In this document: positions 35,458 through 44,900 of the stretch, piece after piece
Layout of the letters: each line of letters starts with the position of its first letter
Numbering within the stretch: the stretch's first letter is position 1
From: Patescibacteria group bacterium
Lineage (GTDB): Bacteria > Patescibacteriota > Patescibacteriia > UBA1558 > GWA2-36-10
Direction: 5' to 3'
NCBI GenBank assembly: GCA_041665545.1
Contig: JBAYIQ010000001.1
Coordinates: 137,911 to 201,910, forward strand
DNA: 64,000 bases
The notes under the pieces: model-generated
Database searches by the model: none
Told to the model about the DNA's origin: nothing
The model's input: the letters and a program-made list of their open reading frames with translations, nothing else
Program-made: the position numbers and the translations under genes

Positions 35458-36114
35458 CTATTTTTTATCAAGATTTTTACTAGCTTCTTGATAAATTAAA
35501 CTTAATCGATCATACCAAGTATTAAAAAACATTTCAAACTCTGCCCTAACTTTTACCAAATCCTCCTTATGTTCATAAGTATTGACCTCTTGCTGAAACT
35601 CGTTATAATCCATATCCCACTGATGAATTTGGCTGATAATTATTTTTTTTACTTCGCCGGCAATTTTAGGAACTATATTCAGTACTAATTCTCGCCGCAA
35701 ATCAACTATTTTCTTTGATTTTTCTCTTATATATTTAGCGGCCTCACTAATTTGCTCACCGGCATCAGGGGTTTTTTGTTCTGTTTCCGGGCTATCAACT
35801 TCTCTAAGGGCGTGCTCAACTAATTTATCAGTGTCATCAGCGGATGATGGGGCCGCAATACTTTCTGTTTCACCACCATCATTAAAGGGAGATGCTAAAA
35901 TGCTTTCTAGTTCTCTAAACTTTTGAGCGGCTCCTGGAGCGGTCAATTCAGTCAAACGCTGACTCAGTATCAAAATTCTTTTATCATCATCTGCTACTCC
36001 TTGGGCGATCAATTTTTGACGCTCGTCATATAATTTATTTATTTCCTCCTGCCTCGCATCTTCAACTCTATGTCGTGGTGTATCCTCAACAAAGCCTGAT
36101 AATTTTTCAGTCAT
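35458..36114 (-). CDS. hypothetical coiled-coil protein
   Basis: 218 aa, charged heptad-rich. Confidence 0.4.
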   Translation of the reverse strand: MTEKLSGFVEDTPRHRVEDARQEEINKLYDERQKLIAQGVADDDKRILILSQRLTELTAPGAAQKFRELESILASPFNDGGETESIAAPSSADDTDKLVEHALREVDSPETEQKTPDAGEQISEAAKYIREKSKKIVDLRRELVLNIVPKIAGEVKKIIISQIHQWDMDYNEFQQEVNTYEHKEDLVKVRAEFEMFFNTWYDRLSLIYQEASKNLDKK

Positions 36115-36165
36115 ATTTTTTTAATTAAATTTTAAATAAAATAGATGTTTATAATAACAAAAAAA

Positions 36166-36906
36166 CTATTGGGCTGTCCAACCGCCATCCACATGCAAAA
36201 TCTGCCCCGTCACATAACTAGAAGCATCGCTAGCCAGATACAAAGCCGCATCAGCAATATTTTCTGGCTGTCCGACATGCCCCAGGGGCGTCATATTGGC
36301 GACCAGTTGCTGAAATCCAGAATCAGCTAAATATGACTTAGTCATATTGGTGTCAATGACTCCTGGAGCAATACCATTGACTCTAATCTTAGCTTTAGCC
36401 AAATCTACAGCGGCCGCTCTAGTCAATTGAGTAATGCCACCTTTAGAAGCACAATAAGCCAGAGAACCAGCAAAACCAACTGTGCCAGCAATTGAGGTCA
36501 TGTTAATAATAACTCCAGGGCTTTTTTGAGCCAACATAATTTTGGCTGCCGCTCGCAAGCCATAAAAAACTCCCGACAGATTGACTTCAATAGTTTTGTG
36601 CCAAATTTCATCACTGGTGTCCTGTGCTGTACCACTAGTAGCAATGCCAGCATTATTTACCATGATATCCAAACGACCAAATTTTTTCACTGTCTGTTCC
36701 ACCAAAGCATCAACTTCCGTTGATTTAGAAACGTCACACTTTATAAACATAGCTTGCTCGCCATATTTATTAGCGATTTCTTGCCCTGATTCATTAATAT
36801 CTGATAGCACTACTTTAGCGCCTGCGCTCAAAAACTTTTCGACTATGGCCAAGCCAATGCCAGAAGAGGCACCGGTCACAATGGCTATTTTATTTGCTAA
36901 TTGCAT
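36166..36906 (-). CDS. SDR-family oxidoreductase (3-oxoacyl-ACP reductase FabG-like)
   Basis: TGASSGIGLAI Rossmann motif, NNAG, YxxxK (YCASK). Confidence 0.8.
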   Translation of the reverse strand: MQLANKIAIVTGASSGIGLAIVEKFLSAGAKVVLSDINESGQEIANKYGEQAMFIKCDVSKSTEVDALVEQTVKKFGRLDIMVNNAGIATSGTAQDTSDEIWHKTIEVNLSGVFYGLRAAAKIMLAQKSPGVIINMTSIAGTVGFAGSLAYCASKGGITQLTRAAAVDLAKAKIRVNGIAPGVIDTNMTKSYLADSGFQQLVANMTPLGHVGQPENIADAALYLASDASSYVTGQILHVDGGWTAQ

Positions 36907-36939
36907 ATATTTTTATATTAATTATTAAATATTTTAAAA

Positions 36940-37266
36940 TTATTCACTGCTTATTTGGCAAACCGTATCCACGCATTTTATCTGATCCTTATTTATTTGT
37001 GGACAAGGACCACAGACACTGCTTGGGGGATTTTTAAACGGACAATAGGGTTGCCAACGAACATTAGCCACAACACCGCAGGCACAAAGAGTACAATCCG
37101 ACGCCACTAGATGACACTCAGTATCAGCGGTACAAGTTACTCTTGGCTTATTATTTATTAGATTATTAAGATACTGATTATAAGTATGAAAACTGCCCTG
37201 ATTATTCAAATAAATAAAGCCATAAATCAGACCAGCCAATACTAAAATAAATAATATTAATTTCAT
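36940..37266 (-). CDS. small secreted Cys-rich protein
   Basis: signal peptide + 10 Cys in 85 aa. Confidence 0.45.
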   Translation of the reverse strand: MKLILFILVLAGLIYGFIYLNNQGSFHTYNQYLNNLINNKPRVTCTADTECHLVASDCTLCACGVVANVRWQPYCPFKNPPSSVCGPCPQINKDQIKCVDTVCQISSE

Positions 37267-37311
37267 GGATTAATATTACCATTTTATTGAATTTTTTGGT
37301 ATGGCTACAAA

Positions 37312-37479
37312 AAAACTGACCCTAGTCTGTCATTCCCGCGCCCCTCGGTCTTGAGCTCGGGGTCGAGAGAAAGGCGGGAATCTACCATGGTTATGCCTTA
37401 GGGCAAATCAATGGTAGATCCCGGATCACCTGTCCGCCTCTGGCGGAAGTCCGGGATGACAGTGTGAGGTCAGTTTTTT
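37312..37479. repeat. 168-nt GC-rich imperfect palindrome / long hairpin (bidirectional terminator or structured ncRNA)
   Basis: aaaaaactgacc...ggtcagtttttt outer stem; TGTCATTCCCG/CGGGATGACA; GGGAATCTACCAT/ATGGTAGATCCC inner stems. Confidence 0.5.
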
Positions 37480-37500
37480 ATAATTACTTTTAAAAAAATA

Positions 37501-38118
37501 TTATTTTTTCTTGGCTGTTTTCTTTTTGACAACTTTGGCCTTAGCTTTTTCTTTAACAGCTACTTTAGCTGCGACTTTGCTTTCAATTTTTGGTTTGACT
37601 GCTTTTTCTACAACAGCGTTAGGAGTCAATATTTTGATCAATTGATCCATCTTGGTGTTTAACAGCTTAATCTGTTGCATGACTTCTCCTGAATCTTTCG
37701 TATCATTCCCACCTTTACCAAAACAATTATCGCAAAAAATTGGCTTACCAGCAGTCGGCCTAAATGGCACCTGACAATCTTTGCCGCATTTAGCGCAAAC
37801 AGCGTTATGCATTTGTTTATCTTCAAAGTTAAAACGATCACGTCTGTCGCCACCAAAATTACTTGGTCCTTGCTTGGAAGAACCACCATTTTTCTTTTCA
37901 AAACATTTACTGCAAAAAATTGGTCTGTCGCCACTTGGTCTAAAAGGAATTTCGCAAGCTTGACCACATTCACTGCAAGTTGCTTGATGCATGGCTGGTC
38001 TGGCGCCATCTCGGCCACCTGACCTGCGATTTCCACCAAATGATTTATTGCGGTCAAATCCACGACTAAAACTGCCACTGGAGGGCCTTCTATTATTGTC
38101 TCTATCAAAATTTCCCAT
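37501..38118 (-). CDS. tandem zinc-ribbon (CxxC...C...C) protein with RGG/Arg-rich N-terminus and Lys-rich (KAKAK) C-terminal tail; candidate nucleic-acid-binding protein
   Basis: two copies of C..CG..C..PFRP...PIFC..CF; C-terminal AAKVAVKEKAKAKVVKKKTAKKK. Confidence 0.55.
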   Translation of the reverse strand: MGNFDRDNNRRPSSGSFSRGFDRNKSFGGNRRSGGRDGARPAMHQATCSECGQACEIPFRPSGDRPIFCSKCFEKKNGGSSKQGPSNFGGDRRDRFNFEDKQMHNAVCAKCGKDCQVPFRPTAGKPIFCDNCFGKGGNDTKDSGEVMQQIKLLNTKMDQLIKILTPNAVVEKAVKPKIESKVAAKVAVKEKAKAKVVKKKTAKKK

Positions 38119-38199
38119 TATTTATGCTTAATTACTTAATAATAAGCGACTATAACACATTTTTAGATAAAAATCAATGGGCAGAGGAAACACCACTAA

Positions 38200-39303
38200 T
38201 TACAAACTTATTCTTCCTTCTACAATTTCTGATTTTTTTTCAAGGGGCACAGTAGACCAAGAATAAAATTGCTCCAAAAATTTCTTTTTATCATTATCCA
38301 AAATTAAACTAACTTGAGAGCCCTGACTTTGCAAGGGAAATAAATAAATAGACCCTTTTTTTGTTTGAACATCTATATTCAATCCCAAGCCCAAGCCAGT
38401 TTGGGTATCAGCGGAAAAATATTGATCAAAGATAAAATTGCCTAAAGAGTAAAAAATTGGCTTATTATTATAAATTTCTAAACCCTGAACCACGTGCGGA
38501 TGATGACCAATGATGATGTCAGCGCCGCTATCTGACAGAGCGTGGGCGCTTATACTTTGTGTCGTATTATATTCATGCTCGTACTCTGTGCCCCAGTGAA
38601 TATTCACAACTACTAAATCTGCTTGCTTTTTATACTCCCCAATTATTTTTTTTGCTTCCTCTAGATCAAAGCTGTGATAAACCATACTAAAACCAAGCAT
38701 GGCAACTTTTACACCATTAATCTCTACTACTTTACCGGTGCACTCCCCTACTTCGGCATCTGCACAGCCAGAAAAATTAATACCCAGATTTTTTAAATTT
38801 ACTCTAGTCTCCTGTACACCACTAACACCTTGATCAGTCAGGTGATTATTGGCAATATTAAAAAAATTAAAATTATATTTTTTAAATTCACTGACTACTT
38901 CTGGACTAAAAGCAAAATCATTGCTAGCCACTGGCGGATAATGCTGACCATTGTCAGTCACTGCTCCTTCCAAATTGGCCGAAATTATATCACTGCCCAT
39001 AAAAAATCTTTTTTCTTCACCAGCCAATTGGTCAAGCAATGGTGCTACTCCATTTTTAGCAATCTTGACACCGACATTTCTATCTAGCATGATGTCACCA
39101 AAAAACAAAAAAACCACCGACTTTTCAATCGGTGCTTGGTTTATTTTTTCATCGTCTAACAATTCTTTGTACTGCTGATTGACCATAATCGCTGGTTTGA
39201 TAGTAGAGACTACCGCATCTAGACTTTTATTATAATAATCTACTACCAAAAAATGTCCGGCAATGGCCAAGGCAATGATAATAATGGCAAGTTTTTGATT
39301 CAT
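38200..39303 (-). CDS. capA: CapA/PgsA-family metallophosphatase (poly-gamma-glutamate capsule synthesis protein-like)
   Basis: NNHLTDQG, NIHWGTEYEHE, GHHPHVVQG, SLGNFIFDQ motifs. Confidence 0.75.
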   Translation of the reverse strand: MNQKLAIIIIALAIAGHFLVVDYYNKSLDAVVSTIKPAIMVNQQYKELLDDEKINQAPIEKSVVFLFFGDIMLDRNVGVKIAKNGVAPLLDQLAGEEKRFFMGSDIISANLEGAVTDNGQHYPPVASNDFAFSPEVVSEFKKYNFNFFNIANNHLTDQGVSGVQETRVNLKNLGINFSGCADAEVGECTGKVVEINGVKVAMLGFSMVYHSFDLEEAKKIIGEYKKQADLVVVNIHWGTEYEHEYNTTQSISAHALSDSGADIIIGHHPHVVQGLEIYNNKPIFYSLGNFIFDQYFSADTQTGLGLGLNIDVQTKKGSIYLFPLQSQGSQVSLILDNDKKKFLEQFYSWSTVPLEKKSEIVEGRISL

Positions 39304-39355
39304 TAGTTGTTTTCTATATTATTATAATACTGGTGACACTGGCTTTTGTAAATAG

Positions 39356-41092
39356 CTAACCCATTTGTTCGCGCCACAAAGCAGCGTAAAGACCAGATTT
39401 TTCTAAGAGCTGCTGATGAGTACCACTTTCTACTAAACTGCCTTTTTCTAAGACAAATATTTTATCAGCATGCAAGATAGTTGATAAACGATGAGCAATA
39501 ACAACTGTAATCAAGTCTGGTCTTATTTTTTCGATATTCTTTATAGTCTCGGTAATTTCTTTTTCAGTCAGTGAGTCTAGACTACTAGTGGCTTCATCAA
39601 AAATAATAATATCAGGATTACGCAACAAAGCCCTAGCAATAGCTAATCTTTGTCTCTCGCCACCAGATAATTTCAAACCACCTTCGCCTATTTTGGTGTC
39701 TAAACCCTTTTCCGCGCGACTCAAAATATTATCAGCCGCCGCTTGGTGTAAAACTTCTAGACACTCAGCATCAGAGGCACTAGATCTTACAAACAATAAA
39801 TTTTCCCTGATAGAACCTGCGAAAAGCTGAGTCTCTTGGGCCACCAAACCAATGCGCTGACGAAACTTATCAAAATCAATTTGGGTACTGAGATGATTAT
39901 TGAATCTCAATTCGCCACTGGCTGGTTGGTACAAACCGACAATGAGTTTTATTAAAGTAGTCTTACCAGAGCCAGAAGGTCCTACAAAAGCCACATTTTC
40001 CCCAGATTTTATAACAGCATTTAAATTTTTTATAGTCTCAAATTCAGCGCTGTTATATTTGAAACCAACGTTAACAAAACTAATTTCTTTAAGATCATCC
40101 AAAATGATAGCGTGCTCTGGCTTCTTGGCTGGTTCTTGCTTCAATATCTCATCGAGGCGACTCATGCTAGCGGATGTCTCTTGATACTTGGCCACCACCT
40201 GTCCAAACTGAGCTAGGGGTGTAAAAATAAAAAATGAATAAATAAACAAAGTAAAAAATTGACCCAAAGAAATATTTTGTGTAAAGATCAAATACATCAT
40301 CACGCCAATCAAAATAGTGCGCATAGTATTTAATAATGTCCCTTGCCAGAAACTAAAAGTCCTTACTATCCGTACTTTTTTTAATTCCAAAACCAAAATA
40401 TCGTCATTTACTTTATTTAATCTATTAATTTCCTGTTGGTCCAAGCCGAGTGATTTTACTAATTGCACATTACGCAAAGTTTCGGTAGTGGATCCAGCTA
40501 ACTCAGCTTGTTGGGTGATAATTAATTTTTGCGCCTCTCTAATTTTTTTACTCAAAAAATAAGTACCAAAACCCAAAATTGGTAAAAGTAAAAAATAAAT
40601 CAAACCAATCAACCAGTGTACTATAAAAGCATAAACCAAAACAAAAATAATACCGATCAATGATACAAATACCATGTTTATCAATTGACCGATTAATTCT
40701 TGAGCGTCATTTCTGGCCTTTTGTAATTTCTGCAACAATTCACCGGACTGTTGGTCTTCAAAATTTATATAAGGCAAGGAAAATGAATGTTTAACGCTGT
40801 TAGAATACAGGGTAGTACCTACTCGCTGCGTAATAACATTGACATAATAATCCTGAAAATTCTTGGCAATCCTAGAAATTAGTGCTACGCCCATGAAAGC
40901 CAACAAGAGCCAGCCAATGCCCATAAAAAATTGGCCTTGAGTCAAAGTGTCAAACTTAGAAGCATAATTATCAATCATTAACCTAAACACTTGGGGATCA
41001 AGTAAAGAAAAAAGCTGGTTGATACTAGCCAAAATCAAGGCATAAACTAAATGTTTTCTATACCCCAATAAATAATTCCATAATAATTTCAT
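39356..41092 (-). CDS. ABC exporter, fused permease/ATPase (MsbA-like)
   Basis: 6 TM + Walker [18 protein letters not shown], Walker [10 protein letters not shown]. Confidence 0.85.
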   Translation of the reverse strand: MKLLWNYLLGYRKHLVYALILASINQLFSLLDPQVFRLMIDNYASKFDTLTQGQFFMGIGWLLLAFMGVALISRIAKNFQDYYVNVITQRVGTTLYSNSVKHSFSLPYINFEDQQSGELLQKLQKARNDAQELIGQLINMVFVSLIGIIFVLVYAFIVHWLIGLIYFLLLPILGFGTYFLSKKIREAQKLIITQQAELAGSTTETLRNVQLVKSLGLDQQEINRLNKVNDDILVLELKKVRIVRTFSFWQGTLLNTMRTILIGVMMYLIFTQNISLGQFFTLFIYSFFIFTPLAQFGQVVAKYQETSASMSRLDEILKQEPAKKPEHAIILDDLKEISFVNVGFKYNSAEFETIKNLNAVIKSGENVAFVGPSGSGKTTLIKLIVGLYQPASGELRFNNHLSTQIDFDKFRQRIGLVAQETQLFAGSIRENLLFVRSSASDAECLEVLHQAAADNILSRAEKGLDTKIGEGGLKLSGGERQRLAIARALLRNPDIIIFDEATSSLDSLTEKEITETIKNIEKIRPDLITVVIAHRLSTILHADKIFVLEKGSLVESGTHQQLLEKSGLYAALWREQMG

Positions 41093-41096
41093 ATGT

Positions 41097-41300
41097 TTAC
41101 ATTACTTCGTGACCTTGGGCTTTGATTATTTTTTTTATTTCGGCCAAGCTTATTTTATGCTCATCAAACTTAAGTTTTGTTTCCTGCTTAGCAAAATTTG
41201 TTCTAGCTTCTTTGACACCAGCATCTTCCAAGGCACCATCAATATTCATGGCGCAAGAGCTGCAGTGCATACCATTTATTTTTAATATAGTCTCTGTCAT
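41097..41300 (-). CDS. copZ: copper chaperone, HMA domain
   Basis: [11 protein letters not shown] MxCxxC motif. Confidence 0.85.
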   Translation of the reverse strand: MTETILKINGMHCSSCAMNIDGALEDAGVKEARTNFAKQETKLKFDEHKISLAEIKKIIKAQGHEVM

Positions 41301-41301
41301 A

Positions 41302-41490
41302 TTATTTTATTACATTAATTACTCCCCGATACATACCCATACTACAAGTAAAGGCAATTTTTCCAGATTCAGACGGAGCCGTAAACTGTATTATTTCTTC
41401 TGTGCCAGGACTCACTACTTTTTCTATATTTAATTTTGGTATAGTAAAGGCCTGAGCGCAACTATAGGCATTGTTATTTTTTAAAGTCAA
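41302..41490 (-). CDS. C-terminal part of a cupredoxin-like (PF13473-type) domain; probably frameshifted from upstream ORF
   Basis: AYSCAQAFTIPKLNIEKVVSPGTEEIIQFTAPSESGKIAFTCSMGMYRGVINV matches cupredoxin_1 C-half; TTG start; A6 homopolymer at junction. Confidence 0.4.
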   Translation of the reverse strand: MTLKNNNAYSCAQAFTIPKLNIEKVVSPGTEEIIQFTAPSESGKIAFTCSMGMYRGVINVIK

Positions 41491-41495
41491 GGTTA

Positions 41496-42308
41496 CTAAG
41501 TCGCCGGCTTAACATTGATACTTTTTGGCTCATAGCCATTGTTGCTTATGTTGATAGTGATTTTATCTTCTGTGACGACTTGGTCATCAATATTTTGGTT
41601 AGAAATATTCTTGGTCAAATTGGAAAAATTCCAAGTGCTACCAGACAAGGCAATAGCGCTGTTTATTGAAAATAATGACAAGCCAATAATTAAAACAGCG
41701 GCCACTCGATAAAAATTCTTCTGCCATTTGGCACTCAAACTGTTGGCCGTATAACCCAAGATAAAAAATAAAGGAATGGTGCCTAATATAAAAGAAAACA
41801 TAATTAGCGTGCCGGCTAAGCTTGAACCCGTAGAAATGGCCAAGGCCATCATAGCTTGTGTAGTGCCACAGGGTATAAATATGGTCATAAGTCCAAGCAG
41901 AGCTGGCGTAAAAATATCCGCGCTCTTGGCTTTGTTACGCACCATCTTGGTCAAAAAGCGTGGCGGCTGGATCACAAAATATCGAAATATTGGATGGACA
42001 TTCAACAAGCTCAAGGCCGTCCCAATCATAAACAAAGCAATCAAAATCTGTAAAATAACCCGCACTGTAAATGACAGTGTAAAAAATGAACCTAGCCAAC
42101 CTAGAATAAAACCTAAAATAGTATAGGCAATAAGTTTGGCCACCAAGAAAGCCACGATTGGCAAAGCTTTGTTTGGCTTAGATTCTTGTTCTCCCTCATG
42201 ACGCTGAGCAATGGCTGTGGCTAGTAATCCACCTTGGACTGCTAGACAAGTGAGCCCACCCGTCAATAAACCAGTCAAAAATATGGTTAACAAATTTGTT
42301 TCTGACAT
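41496..42308 (-). CDS. multi-TM permease with conserved TM cysteines (CcdA/DsbD-TM-like or TauE-like) ending in N-terminal part of cupredoxin-like domain
   Basis: GLTCLAVQGG and FIPCGTTQAMM; C-terminal EDKITINISNNGYEPKSINVKPAT resembles start of cupredoxin_1 domain. Confidence 0.45.
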   Translation of the reverse strand: MSETNLLTIFLTGLLTGGLTCLAVQGGLLATAIAQRHEGEQESKPNKALPIVAFLVAKLIAYTILGFILGWLGSFFTLSFTVRVILQILIALFMIGTALSLLNVHPIFRYFVIQPPRFLTKMVRNKAKSADIFTPALLGLMTIFIPCGTTQAMMALAISTGSSLAGTLIMFSFILGTIPLFFILGYTANSLSAKWQKNFYRVAAVLIIGLSLFSINSAIALSGSTWNFSNLTKNISNQNIDDQVVTEDKITINISNNGYEPKSINVKPAT

Positions 42309-42314
42309 AAAAAA

Positions 42315-44534
42315 TTAATTAATTTTTACTTTTTTTAAACGCAAGGAATTCAAAACTACCGAAACTGAACTCAAGGCCATGGCCGCTGACGCCAAGATAG
42401 GATTCAACAAAACACCAAACCAAGGATAAAGTGCGCCCATAGCTACCGGAATCAAAATAATATTATAAGCAAAAGCCCAAAATAAATTCATTCTGATGGT
42501 GCTGATAGTTTTTTTGGAAAGATTCAAGGCCAGGGCTACAGAGTGCAAATCTTTGTTCACCAAGGTAATGCTAGCCGACTCCATGGCTACATCAGTACCC
42601 GATGACATAGCAATACCGACATCAGCTACAGCTAAAGCTGGTGCATCATTGACACCATCGCCAACCATAGCCACTACTTTGTGCTTGGCTTGCCAGCTTT
42701 TTACAACTTTAGCTTTATCATCGGGCAACACTTCGGCCACTACTTCATCAATGCCCAGGGTTTTAGCAATGGAACTGGCTGCCAATTTATTATCACCAGT
42801 CAACATGACAGTGGTAATACCCTGCGCCTGTAAAGCAGCGATCGCACTTTTGGCACTATCTTTGACTACATCGGCTACAGCCAAATATGCTAAGACTTGT
42901 TTATCCCTAGCCAGTAGCATGACGGTCTTGCCCTGACTTTCTAAATTAGCAATTTTATCTTCTGGATAAGACAAAGAATTTTCTTGCATCAAAGCGCGAT
43001 TACCAAAAAATAATTTACTGTTTTTTATTTCTCCTTTGATACCCTTACCAGGTATCGCTTGCCAATTATCTATATTTAAAAATTCTAATTTCTGATCTAA
43101 AGCGGCCTGCACTATACAAGTAGCCAAGGCATGCTCAGAATTATTTTCCAAACTAGCAGCCATTTGCAAAATATCTTTATCCGACATATCCACCAAAGGA
43201 ACAATGTCGGTAATTTGTGGCCTTCCTTGAGTCAAAGTGCCAGTTTTATCAAAAATCACTACCTGCACTTTGTGAGCTAATTCTAAACTCGCGGCATCTT
43301 TAATCAAAATACCATTTTGCGCGGCTCGGCCAGTGGCTACCATGATAGCCGTCGGTGTCGCCAGACCCATGGCGCAAGGACAAGCAATAATCAAAACTGC
43401 CACCATATTGAGCAATGCTCTAGTCAAAGCTGGCTCTGGTCCAAAAATAAACCAAATCACAAAAGTCGCCGCCGCCAACACCAAAACAATTGGCACAAAA
43501 TAAGCGGCAATCAAATCAGCCAATCTCTGAATGGGAGCTTTTGATCCTTGGGCTTGGGCTACCAGCTTAATAATCTGCGCCAACATAGTATCAGCGCCAA
43601 CCTTGCTGGTCTGAAAATTGAAACTACCAGTTTTATTGATAGTAGCACCAATCACTCGATCGCCAACTTTTTTATCCAAAGGCAAACTCTCACCAGTAAT
43701 CATTGACTCGTCAACCGCTGACTGACCACTGACAATCACGCCGTCAACGGGAATTTTTTCACCCGGCCTGACTCTAATGATATCTCCGACTTTGACCTGC
43801 TCAATCGGCAAATCAATTTCTTTATCGTTTTTTACTACGCGAGCCGTCTTGGCTTGCAAGCCAATTAATTTTTTGATAGCGGTAGAAGTGTTGAGTTTGG
43901 CTTTGGCCTCTAAATAGCGACCTAATAAAATCAAAGCAATGATCAAGACCGAAGCATCAAAATAAGGCATGACTTCAATGCCTAGAGACATGACGAGGTC
44001 AGGCAATAAAGTAACTACTACTGAATATACAAAAGCTACGGTTGTGCCAATAACTACTAATGTATCCATGTTGGCTCGCCTTTTTTTCAAAGCCTGCCAA
44101 GCCGAGTGATACAAAGCAGCGGCTGCCCAAAGTTGTATTGGTATAGCCAAAATCAGTTGGACATAAAAATTTTTAAGCAAAGTGGGAGCAAACATATCTA
44201 GCCCCGGAAAAGTACCCCACAGCAACAAGGCGCCAAAAAACAAAGAAACAATTACTTTGGTCTGTAATTTTTTTAAAGCAATATTTTTATCCAACTGCTG
44301 TTGATCCCAAGTATAGTTTTCGGTAACAATTGCCTGATAGCCAACAGCGGCTACGGCGGCTGACAAATCAGCTGGCGATATTTCTTTTTCTAAGGTTATA
44401 GTCGCTGACTCGGTAGCCAGATTAACATTGGCCTCCAAAACTCCGGGTAATTTTTTTAAAGCGCGCTCCACAACACGCACGCATGAAGCACAATGCATAC
44501 CAACTATTGGTATGTCTTTTGTATATTTGGCCAT
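42315..44534 (-). CDS. copA: copper-translocating P1B-type ATPase
   Basis: N-terminal HMA GMHCASC; CPC motif [13 protein letters not shown]; DKTGTLT; [10 protein letters not shown]. Confidence 0.9.
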   Translation of the reverse strand: MAKYTKDIPIVGMHCASCVRVVERALKKLPGVLEANVNLATESATITLEKEISPADLSAAVAAVGYQAIVTENYTWDQQQLDKNIALKKLQTKVIVSLFFGALLLWGTFPGLDMFAPTLLKNFYVQLILAIPIQLWAAAALYHSAWQALKKRRANMDTLVVIGTTVAFVYSVVVTLLPDLVMSLGIEVMPYFDASVLIIALILLGRYLEAKAKLNTSTAIKKLIGLQAKTARVVKNDKEIDLPIEQVKVGDIIRVRPGEKIPVDGVIVSGQSAVDESMITGESLPLDKKVGDRVIGATINKTGSFNFQTSKVGADTMLAQIIKLVAQAQGSKAPIQRLADLIAAYFVPIVLVLAAATFVIWFIFGPEPALTRALLNMVAVLIIACPCAMGLATPTAIMVATGRAAQNGILIKDAASLELAHKVQVVIFDKTGTLTQGRPQITDIVPLVDMSDKDILQMAASLENNSEHALATCIVQAALDQKLEFLNIDNWQAIPGKGIKGEIKNSKLFFGNRALMQENSLSYPEDKIANLESQGKTVMLLARDKQVLAYLAVADVVKDSAKSAIAALQAQGITTVMLTGDNKLAASSIAKTLGIDEVVAEVLPDDKAKVVKSWQAKHKVVAMVGDGVNDAPALAVADVGIAMSSGTDVAMESASITLVNKDLHSVALALNLSKKTISTIRMNLFWAFAYNIILIPVAMGALYPWFGVLLNPILASAAMALSSVSVVLNSLRLKKVKIN

Positions 44535-44559
44535 AATAAATTATTAATTTTTTTGAAAA

Positions 44560-44829
44560 TTAAGACCAACGCTTGATGATGGCCATCACTTCGGCGACAG
44601 CTGTATTGGCCTTACCTTTTTTGATATCACGGGCCGTACAGGTCTTCAAATGATTTTCTAAAATCAGATGATCAGTCTGTTTCAAAGCGCGTTGAACGGC
44701 TTGGGACTGATGGATAACGTCTAAACAATAAGCGCCTTTGGAGACCATGTCTTCTACTTTTTGTAGTTGACCAATAGAAATACGCAAGCGATGTAAAATT
44801 TTCTCGTGAGTGTTTTTTGGTTTATACAT
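44560..44829 (-). CDS. csoR: copper-sensing repressor, CsoR/RcnR family
   Basis: 89 aa; conserved Cys-His-Cys positions (YCLDVIHQ...KTC). Confidence 0.75.
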   Translation of the reverse strand: MYKPKNTHEKILHRLRISIGQLQKVEDMVSKGAYCLDVIHQSQAVQRALKQTDHLILENHLKTCTARDIKKGKANTAVAEVMAIIKRWS

Positions 44830-44900
44830 ATGGTTATAATATTAAATCCATATCCCCCCCCTAGGGATATAGTAACACATAGAATAAAATAGCACAATGT

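Noticed and set aside
37312-37479. SRP (4.5S) RNA assignment for the long palindrome
   Set aside because: Only a partial GUCCGGGAUG-like stretch is present; the apical loop is AT-rich and lacks the conserved domain IV GNRA/asymmetric-loop signature; kept only as a test to run.
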